Below, piece by piece: positions 12,149 to 22,600 of a DNA stretch of 64,000 nt. The position numbers were made by a program, and so were the translations under genes. The stretch comes from Phoronis australis (taxonomy: Eukaryota; Animalia; Phoronida). How positions within the stretch are numbered: the stretch's first letter is position 1; each line of letters opens with the position of its first letter. The notes under the pieces were generated by a model that worked only from the letters and a program-made list of their open reading frames with translations, had not been told where the DNA came from and searched no databases. The stretch spans positions 366,759 to 430,758 of the forward strand of contig NMRA01000179.1 in the NCBI GenBank assembly GCA_002633005.1, given 5' to 3'.

Positions 12149-12352
12149 CAAGGTAAACGGGGCTTAATTATCATTTCGAAGAAAATCGAAACTGCTTGTA
12201 ACCCAGTTGTCGTCCTTGTTTGTTGAAATCTTCGGGGATCTCTGCGCTAAACCGGAAAGCGGAAGTGTAAACAGCTCCCTCTTTTAGTTGAATATGGCGA
12301 TATTTTGCAATTTCTCGTTTGCCTGAAAGTCAGAGATTTAGCAGTAAAGCAG
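12149..12352. promoter_or_regulatory. Putative bidirectional promoter with first non-coding exons of BACE (-) and DNMBP (+)
   Basis: Locally CpG-retaining segment with tandem ETS-like sites (ACCGGAAAGCGGAAGTG, ~12251-12267) and a YY1-like AATATGGCG (12291-12299). It has a plus-strand donor CAG|GTGAGG (exon end 12352) and a minus-strand donor TG|GTAAGG (exon end 12149). The first coding exons of both genes begin with splice acceptors (4994 minus; 19625 plus), so both need an upstream exon. Confidence 0.65.
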
Positions 12353-13269
12353 GTGAGGTGCAGTTGATTTCACCGTGACTTCAGCGTTGATATGCTTAGA
12401 AACATAGAACAAGGGACTTCCTGTACTTTGTTTTGAATACCCACTTGGAACAAATGGGTTATCTGGGGTTTATGGAATGTGACATAGGCCTACTATGATT
12501 CATGCCGTATTCAATTTATCGTTTCAAATTCAATCGTAAAAAAGACGTAAAATAAAGTCCATTAAGGGCCAACCAGTCCATATTGGAATTCTGATGCCGG
12601 AACGACTTGCGCCGGATTCAAATACTCGCTGGAACATGAATACAGGTGTGTATTTACATGACCAACCCCGTCGGCGTCGACTGTCTTGGGAGTTGTTGCA
12701 TGGCCTCGGCCCTATACTGTACTATTATTCTACTTTTCTATTATGTTGGGTCTATACTAATTTAGATTCTCTACTATAATTAGAAATTGTGAAATTTCCG
12801 GTCTATACTATCACTGTTGTCTCTACAACTATTCGAAACTCGAGAGTAGGCTACATAAATTTGGTCGTGTCCATGAAGTTCTGTTGGGTGTCACTTGTGC
12901 TTCCCTCGCCCTCGTTCTCGGCAAACGTCATTTTGAGGAGGTTTCGTGAAGTCATGCCAATTATCAAACAAAAAATTGCAAGTGATTTTAGCCTCCCAAG
13001 TTCCTCCAGAAGATGGCTTTTTCAACAACAAAACTTCCTGTGCTATCAGTCTAACGAGTGCGTATTGTAGTATTGTACATGGGTAAAAAAGTTTTAACGG
13101 CAACCCAAAAATGGAGTTAGTAGTCTTAATTGAGGTCATAAAGATTGCTGAAGAACGAAAATGATTTTATAACTGTCATTACTTATTATGTGCCCACATA
13201 TTGATATGTGGTCGCATATTGCCATCATCTCTGTCTGGACATCCAGTGTCCCCCGTTTGCAGCTGTACC

Positions 13270-14483
13270 TCCTAAGCCCCCTACATGATCTTGATGAGAT
13301 TTCGGAAACTTGCTCATATGAAGCTGACAATGTATGATGACAAATTTCGGATCTCTCCGACTACAGGTATGCCCCCTAGTGGTAATTTTAGTTTTTTACA
13401 CTTACCTCTGCATCTTCGGAAGTCCTCAACCGATTTTCATCAAATGTGGCAGTTATGCGTATATTAAACAGATGACGCTATCCTCCCATTTTCGGATGGA
13501 TTCAAGTTGTTTTACGCTACCTAGTGGCCATCTTTTACTGTTTACAAAAGTCTGTTTTTTGAAAATTGGAATATATGTTTTTACTGTGGAGAGGGTGGGT
13601 GACGATGATTTTTCGACTACTGTGGTGCCTCCTAGTGGCAGTTTTGTTTGTTTTTGCGCCCATGGCTGTATCTTCTAACTGCTCTACAGGATCTTTATTG
13701 AATTTTACTGCTGAATGTATATGAAATTGAAAGCAGAGTACGACAACGTTCGATTGGACCGGATTATCGGTGTGTGACCATATTTTTGTTTTTTATGTTT
13801 ACCTCTGTATCTTCAAAGATTCTCAACAGATTTTCATAAAATTTAGCAAATACTGTACTGAGTAGGCATCTATTGGTGAGGTGACGCTTTCCACTTGTTC
13901 TCGGTTGAATTCAAGATATTTTGTGCCACCTAGTGGCTATTTTTACTTTTTTTGAGTCTGTTTTTCGGCATCTGCCCTGCTGTCAACCAAACCACTCTAA
14001 GGATGATTGTGGAAATTGGCATGTAAGTTCCTAATGTGAAGAGAAGGGCTGATGATTTTCCCACGAATTTGAGTACTGTGGCATCTCTTAGTGGCAGCTT
14101 TGTTTTTTTTTGTGCCCATAGCTGTATCTTCTAAACACTCTGCAGGATGTTTAGTTAAATTTTAGCAAATGTATTCATATGAAGGTGACAACGGACAACA
14201 ATGACTTTCAGACGTATCTGAGTATCGCTGTACCCCAATAGTGGCAATTTCATTTTTAACATTTTCCATTTTCCTTTGTTTCTCTGAAGCTCCTTTACAG
14301 ATTTTTATGAAATTCAAAATAGTTTTGTATTAAAAAACGATGACATGTTCCCGTTTTCGGATGAATTCGACATATTTTGCGCTATTTAGTGGTCATTTTT
14401 ATGATATAAATAAACACCCCTAGAAGCACACCATTTACAACTGCATTCATGGGCGTATTTCAATGCTCTGCGTTGCTCTTGTT
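13270..14483 (-). mobile_element. pearl/HINE-like element copy, minus orientation
   Basis: Ends in GCTCTGCGTTGCTCTTGTT, the reverse complement of the family 5' end. Repeated 'ctagtggc' core subunits occur about every 150 bp. Confidence 0.8.
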
Positions 14484-15538
14484 TGCTAATGACATGAAAG
14501 AACTATTGGTGAAGTAGACTTCGTCCTAGACGTAAATTTTTTGGTCGGATGTGTGCAGGCCACAACACACATTAAATGGAAACTTACAAATTGAATGTAT
14601 ACCGTTTATGCACATATTTAGGCCCATGCTCCAAAATCCAAAGTACTGTCTTTCGAACATTGACATATATGTTGAAGCTTCCCTTCTATACATAGGCTGC
14701 TGTCTCTTATATTTCAGGCATAGGCAGCTGTTTCCCTCCCTTATATTACAGGCATGGACAAGTGCTCCATTTCTATGTGTCTGCAAAAATTGGGCATTCA
14801 CGGCATGATATTAAGAATAGTTGTATTTTAACAAAATTGTCGACGTAATTCAGCACTGGATGTTGTGCCCAATAAGTTTTATGAATTTCAAAACTAAGTA
14901 TTTGAATTGCAGACGTGCTTTTGACTTGAAACATACAGAGATCAGACAGTTTCCTGTAAGTTACGACAGTTGGGCTTTATCAGCTGCTTGCATCAACAAG
15001 TCAGAGCAACTGGGTTGTTAGAAATGAAATGCCACCAAAGAGTGTACTGACCTATGCATTACCGTTTTTCATCTTCTGATTCCTATGCAACATCATAATT
15101 TTGCGATTCGCCAGATAGTGTTGTAAACATTTGACACAGAACTGGTAATGTTGTCCAAGACCTGTGAGTACTGAGTTTGGATTTTGTCACGTGACTAGTT
15201 TAATTGACTTCCTGCAATGAGCATGAGAATTGTGTTATGCAGGGCATTAGTCACTTGAAGATCATTTAGTGGCTTTATTTCTTTTGACTTTATTGTTGAT
15301 CCTGCCAAAGTCATGAAAGTTCTTGTCTTAACTTGTACCCAAATCTTCCTTAGAACCATTTAACCAGGAAATTTCTTACTTCAAGGACCAAAATTACGCA
15401 AGTCTGAAATTGCTCGGAGCTAAAACTGAAGGTGAGCTAGCTACAGAGTAGGATTAAAATCGTAAATTTTGGGTTTTCTTCTTCAAAAATATATTCTTTT
15501 TTATCACATCCACTGAACAAAATTGTCACTGATAGCCA

Positions 15539-17825
15539 TTTTTATGCGCCCACATCTCTCTGGGCGTCAGGCGTCAGCAGCTTTATCTCCTAATCCCTTC
15601 TTAGGATCTTGATGAGATATGACATGTGTTTCTATGAAGCTGACGGCTGACGACGACAAATTTCAAACCTCTCCGACTACTGGTGTGCCCCCTAGTGGCA
15701 ATTTTAGTTTTTTACGATTACCTCTGTATCTAGGGAGGTCCTCTACGGATTTTCATACAATTTGGCAGTTAGGCATCTATTAGTGAGATGATGCCATCCT
15801 TCTGTTTGTGGATGGATTTGAGGTAGTTTGTACCACGTAGTGCCCATTTTTACAGTTTTCGAGTCTGTTTTTTTGCCATCCGCTGTTCTATCAACCAAAC
15901 TGCTCTATGGATGATTTTGAAAATTGGCTTATGTGTTCTTACTGTGAAGCACAGGCGCTTGGGTTTATCGCAAATGACATCACTCAATAAAACATAAAGG
16001 TTGGACACTTACACTTTGCCAAGCCGAGGCTCCCAACTTCAACCGTCCAAAATCCAAATAAAATCTGCGTGCACCTCCCTCAGTCTGGTGTTGCATAAAC
16101 CTTCGAAGCCTTATCTTTCCTAGATCCCATTAACTGTATTCGTGAGAGGTGAATTGGCGATGGAATTTCTAAAACAATCTCAAAACTCTGAATTCAAGGA
16201 AAACATGGCGGATTTCAGTTGTGCTTCAACTTGTACGCCTGTCGTAGGTGAAACTTCGAGTTTGAGCAGGCAACCTATATTTCAAATTCAATAATTCTAA
16301 TCCAAAACTCAACTAATTGAGAATGTTAAAGTTAGTATTTTAATGATTATTTGTAACTTTATTCCACTGACGGCTCATTTTAGCCCTTAACTTAGAATTT
16401 TATTACATAAACTGGCGTATCTTGTTTCTCATCTTGACATCACGCACTTTTTTGATTGAAGCACAATACACACTCGGCCAGGAAACGCAGTCCGTGCAAG
16501 TATTACAATGTGTGTGGCCGACGAGTTAACTCAATGGTTTTGGCCAAAAGTAAAACCTTCATAAAAAATCACAGTACACAAAAAACTTCGCATATCAATA
16601 CAGTATCAGGATAATTTATATTTGACACAAATATGTGAGTAATTACATTTATTTGGCAATAAAGTGCTCTCTGCTTCTCATGATCAAGTAGTCGATGGAT
16701 TGACGGCGAAAGCCGAGCGAAATTAGACTTTTGGATTTAGCTCGGGAGCGTCTGTCAAAATCCGGATGTGCGAATACCGTCTGCCATGACATCACGGAAT
16801 TAGGTCCTTGAATTTGTGATTTTGGCATTCTTTTGGCATTTTTGTCGCCAAATTACCACTTGAAGGCAATTTGAAGAGATCGAATGAAAGAAAGTATTCT
16901 AAGAGTTCTTCGATGCTAGTTTCGTGGAGTTCCATGCACATTTGAGTAGAAAATTCTGAGCAAACAGATTTCGAGTGTCCAACCTTTATGTTTTCTTATA
17001 TATTATGAGTGATGTCATTTGCGATAAACCCAAGCGCCTGTGCTGTGAAGAAGGCAGCTGACGATGATTTTCCAACGACTTTGACTACTGTGGTGCCTCC
17101 TGGCGGCAGTTTTATTTGTTTTTGCGCTCGTGGCTGTATCCCCTACATGTAAATGCTCTACAGGATTGAATTTTGTTGGTGTATTTATATGAAGTTGACA
17201 ACAGAGGATGATGACTTTCCGACGGATTGGGATACGGGTGTTCCCCCTCGTGGCAATTTTACCTTTTTATGTTTACCTCTGTATCTTAAATGGTCGTCAA
17301 TGGATTTTTATAAAATTTGGCTGTTAGGCATCTATTAGTGAGATGACGCTATCATCCAGTTTTCGGCAAAATTCGAGGCTTTTTATGCCACCTTGTGGCC
17401 ACTTTTACTGTTTTCTATTCTTTTTATTTGGCATCTGCCCCTCTGTCACCTAAACCACTCTAAGGATGGTTGTGGAAATTGGCATGTATGTTCCTAATGT
17501 GAATCCAAAGTCTGACGATGATTTTGCGATGGCTTTATGAAGTTGACAACGGACGACGACAACTTTGAGACGGATCTGACGGAATGCTGTGCCCCTAGTG
17601 GCAGTTTCATTTTTTCTGTTTTTCTGTTTCTATGAAGCTCCATTACGGATTTGTATGAAATAAATAACTTTCTATTAAACATGATGGCATGTTCCCGTTT
17701 TTGTATGGAGTTGACGTATTTTGCGCCATTTAGTGGCCATTTTTATGATACAAATAACACCCCTGGAAGCACACCATTTTCGGTGCATTCATGGGCACAT
17801 TTCAACGCCCTGCGTTGCTCTTGTT
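15539..17825 (-). mobile_element. pearl/HINE-like element copy, minus orientation, interrupted by a TIR element
   Basis: Starts TTTTTATGCGCCCAC (reverse complement of the family 3' end) and ends CCCTGCGTTGCTCTTGTT. The core sequence resumes in register after the 15950-17042 insertion. Confidence 0.82.
15950..17042. mobile_element. Non-autonomous TIR DNA transposon (1093 bp) with target-site duplication
   Basis: Left end CACAGGCGCTTGGGTTTATCGCAAATGACATCACTCA...AAAACATAAAGGTTGGACACT is mirrored at the right end (AGTGTCCAACCTTTATGTTTT...TGAGTGATGTCATTTGCGATAAACCCAAGCGCCTGTG). CTGTGAAG is duplicated at 15942-15949 and 17043-17050. No ORF inside. Confidence 0.93.
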
Positions 17826-18879
17826 CACTTAGGCCCCACATAATGTCAAACTGAAGATGGTCTAATATATAAACGCTTTTGAGTGTGGGTCTTTGATAAA
17901 GTACAGTACGTAATTCTTCACCTATGCTACACAGATTCATCTCCCAAAGTGGTTGCTTTTCTGCCTTTCAAAGGCTACCTTTGCTGCAAATAAAGGAAAC
18001 ATTGCTATTGAATATACAACTGGTACAAGATATGTGTTAGAAATACACAGTAGACTAAAGACAATGTTCTTGATATTTATTTTCTGGAAAAATTTAACAA
18101 AACAAGATTTCATTTGTCAGGCCTATTGTGTCTGCTGAGTAAAATGCTCTGCAAGGACTACTGCTAACTTATCACATCTCACATTGTGTTCAGGTCATCC
18201 CACTTATCTTAGGTGCAGTCAAATGACCCATCTGTTAGACCCTTTGACCCTACTTAGATTGACTATCTGTTGCACAGTGTGTGGATAGATATGGTATTTC
18301 AATGACATTGGTTAGATTGAAATACTTTCAATTTTGCTCGAACTGTGAGACAGTATCACATTCTCTTCAGTTCTGCATAAGGCTAACTTAAGTATTAGAC
18401 TTGCAGATCTCTCTTTACACTCATAGTAAACCATAAAGTGTGACCAGTTTGATGTTTGATGCTGTCAAGGGAGTTTGACACAGTTGTTTATGTGTCTTCA
18501 ACTGAATTTCATCAATTTTGTGTACTACAAATCTGCAAAAAATGGTGGTCACTGAATTAGTTTTTTCTTCAGTTACAAATGCATAAACAAAGGCAACTCT
18601 GGCAAAACAAATAATTTATTTGGGTCACTAGATAACCAGAAACTTTTGAAAATGGATTAGTTTCATTGTACATTGTCACTTTTATGTCAATAACTTTTAA
18701 TTGTAATTATCTGGTTTATGATTTTCTGACATTTGCACATGCTTTATTTCAATGCCCATCATGTTTCAGCAGTAAGGTGCCCTGTTTTGTTTTTATGTCA
18801 TCATCCCCTCTGTCCGCTGTACCCTGGTGTACCTCTACAAACCATTGATGGAGGCTAGTTAAATTTTGCAGATGCATTT

Positions 18880-19240
18880 CTATCATGTATGGGACAGCAT
18901 ATCTCAGTGAATTTTTTGACGAGTAACAATTTTTTGTTTTTGCCCCGTATCTTTGGAGTTACTTTACATATTTTCATGATGCATGGCAAGAAGGTCTCTA
19001 TTAAAAATGATATCTTCCCATTTTCAGATGGGTTCAATGTATTGTACGCTACTTAGTGACCACTGTTATTAGTTTTTAGTCTGGCTTTTGACACCTGTCT
19101 CTCTGTCAGCAAAAGTTCATTATCAAAATTGGCATCATGTGGTCTTTCAGAGAAGTGCATGGCTCCTGATGATTTTTCAATTGGTGTGACTGTTGTGATG
19201 TCCTGTTGTGACAATTTTATTTTTTGCACGTGGCTCAATA
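18880..19240 (-). repeat. Old, highly degenerate core-repeat fragment of the pearl/HINE-like family
   Basis: 'cttcccattttcagatgggttcaa', 'ttagtgaccac', 'aaaattggcat' and 'gatgatttttc' match the core subunits. Confidence 0.5.
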
Positions 19241-19632
19241 CACGTTCCTTGATCTATAGTCATGAAAATTATCTACAATATTTCAGTGCAATTTAATATC
19301 ACATTTGACCACTATGTCCGGTGCGTTAAAATGCACATGCAGTCTGCACTACTCATCTTCTTGCGGTATAATAGCGAAATAGTGAACGCAGAGTGTTATC
19401 ATGACATAGCTCAATGGTTAAAGGGAAATCGGTTCAACGTGTACACATGCCTGTACATATAGTGTTTCGAAACCTCTCTTATGCTCTCTTTGTTCTAGGC
19501 TGACTACAGGTGTTACCGACAGGCGACATGTCTCTGTACAATACTAAGCACATTATTTTGGATCAATAAATGTTGATCTGTCATTTGTAATAATTGTTTG
19601 TTCTAATTTTTCGTTTTGCTTCAGATGTTGCC

Positions 19633-22600
19633 ATGGCTCATGGGTTTGTGAAGGCAACCTATCCATTCTCCACCAACGAGCCAGGGGAGATAAGTCTAGA
19701 GGTGGGCGATGTTGTTGAAGTTGTGTCAGTTGTGGATAGCAACTGGCTCAAGGGTACGTTATCTGAAATGGGTCATGTAACACTCCAGGTCTTGTTGTTG
19801 CCAAGGTCGCAGACTGGGCCTTACGTCTTATTCATGGTTGTTGTCAGATATTGCAATGTGTTTTTATTAAGACCAATATTAGGATAAGTTGTATCGAAGA
19901 CCAAATTATTTTGTAAAAATCCAGCTTATTCTTCTAATGCATGTTGAGGCTCACTTAATAATTATAATATAAGTTGTTTGTGATGTCTCTGCATGTTTAC
20001 ATGCCAACAATTGTCCCACAATCTATTTGAAAAACAACATCAGTGGCAATAAGTCAATAAGTTTTACTCCTACATGAAATTCCCAGAATAACACCAAGTC
20101 AAAATTGCGAGTTTTCTATTTGTCAGAGGTTGTTGCTGAAAACAATGTAAACTTATCAAATGTTGCTTTGCGGCATTTACTCAGTATGAACCAACTTTAA
20201 GCTAATAACAGACTCAAGCATTTTCTTAATCTTTGTTTCTGCTGAGAAATTTGACGAAAATTCACTTGTCCACCATATTGTGCTAACTAGGTGAAGAATT
20301 ATTGTACAACAGTACTGAAGAACGCACTGCACAGTTTTAGTCATTGCGGAATTTTTCTAGGGTATGTTAAGTGCAGGGCTTGGAATTTTCCTCTTTTAAG
20401 AAGATTTCCTCTTTTTTGGTTTCGATTTCCTCTTATTTGATTTCCATTTTCTTCATATTTGTCTCTGTTTTAATCATTGTTTTGACTTAAGTTTATTCAG
20501 TGTAAAAGCATTGTATTTCTGTAATCAGTTAAATTTTACAACTTACAAAAAATGTCTCTATCATACTAGCCTGTTTATTTATGGAACGATAAATCACCTG
20601 GAAAAATTTTCTCTTTCTGACATTAGTCATTTCAAGTCTTGTAAGTGTTTTAAGGCTTTAGACAGAAATTTGTTGTGACCTTCCCACTTCACAATTCTGA
20701 AAATTTTTGACCAAATGGTTATGAGTGTATCACAGTCTAGAAATAATTTTTAGAAATTATGTTAACTTGCAGTTAGGTATTCCTCAGAGACTTTTGCTCG
20801 AGTGAGATTTAAATATTTTTCAGAAATAGTTGTCATAGAAGGTAAGACCAAATTTCATACTAAAATGAGCCACTTTTCATGAAAAAGGTTAGACGGATGC
20901 ATGCAAGTGTACTGAACACTGAACAGAATGCTTCTACATTATCTATTGGTTTTGTAGGTAAGCTAGATGACAAAACAGGCAATTTTCCCGTAAACTTCGT
21001 AGAGAAAGTTCAACTACCCTCTTTGTCAGCTGGCCAGAAGGTGTTTGCAGCTATCAAAGACTTCCCTGGTGATACACAAGGGGATCTGGGCTTCAAGAAA
21101 GGTACATTACATGCCAAAGATTAATCGGGAAAAATTCCTTTTCTGTAACGGCCAGTCTTCATGATGGGAAATTCTGACTGATTTTTACTGAATGGGCATC
21201 ATGTGACAGACAATAATTATCCTTTTTAATGAGTTTTGCAAGAACATTGTGTTGTAACCAATCAGTCCGCTGGCGCATTTGCAATTCAAAGAGTTTTTAG
21301 TCAAATCTCTGTTAGTTAATTGTTTAGTTACATTTTTGTGTTTAGAAAACTAGGAGACTAATTATGGGCCAGCTTCCGACAAACATTTCATTTCAAAATG
21401 TCGTCTACTTTAACAAAATGCACTCAGTCCACTCTAGACTGTGGTCCATTGTGTACTCAGTAGCAGAAGACCTGTAAGAATTAATACTGACTCGACGTAT
21501 GAAAATCTCTTATTAAAGTCCTATGTAGCATGTATCAGGTCTTGCCCAAGTTGCAAACTTCTAACTCCAAGGAATCAAGTCTGTGGGTCACGATTCCTTC
21601 TGTTTAACCCTTCATTCTATCCATGTTTTCATGAATATGTAGGTAGGAATGCAAACTCATTGAATTAAAAAAAATAGACTGAGTTGGCACTGCATAAGGC
21701 TTTAAGATTTCTGCAGAGAATTAGAACCTTCTAAAGACGTTGCCTAATCTGGTTTAAACTCCTACGATAAATTTCAGGTGATGTAATTCATGGTCTTCAC
21801 GCTGTAGACCAGAACTGGTGGAAGGGTAGACTGGGCCCTAATGAAGGAATATTTCCTATTATTTTAACCAAGGAACTTCCTTCTGGTAAGTACATTAAAA
21901 CTTCCATCAAAAAATGTCACTCACTATTGAAAAACTGGGACCTAGACTGCAAATAAGTTGGCTTGTTGCAGAGCTGAGCATTGGCTCAAGTTAACTGACA
22001 GTTCTTTTCAAGCCCAAAATCACTTATACTGTGAGTAAGAAATAAGTTTTGTATACATACCATAATACACTAAACATGATTGTCCAGTTGTGACACTTTA
22101 ATAGACAGCAAATCCTAACTAAAATGTATTTTCTATCAGACAGGCTGGGGTACAGCACAGCTCGCATATTTTACTAACCAAACGGGACATCCTGATGGCT
22201 AATGGATGGCTCACGATGGCTATCTTGACTGCTTAGCTGGGTAGTTGGTTGTTTTCCCTTGTCATACTTTAAAGACATCCAAGCAAGGCTACATATTTGT
22301 GAACTGTTTTGCTTGTAATGCTTAGTTTGAAAGCAGACGTAAACCTGGCTGAATTAGACCTCTTAAACAGTATAAAATCCCTTTTCTTAGACTTCTTTCT
22401 TTGGATTCACATAATTATACAGTCGTATCTGATAGGAACAATTACTCTTGAGGTGCAAAAACGAAACTGCTGCTGATTATTTTATGTTTTTTTCTGTAAT
22501 CTCCCTAGTAAGGGTTTGGTGCAAGAAGGTAATGTAAGATTAAGATTAATTGTCTTCTTGATTTCGAATAAACCTTTGGATTCTGTTTCAGTGGAAGCAA

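Noticed and set aside
22516-22591. N-terminus of the 503-aa ORF as a stand-alone SH3 gene
   Set aside because: The first 25 codons are intronic. The true exon starts at the acceptor at 22592 and is part of DNMBP.
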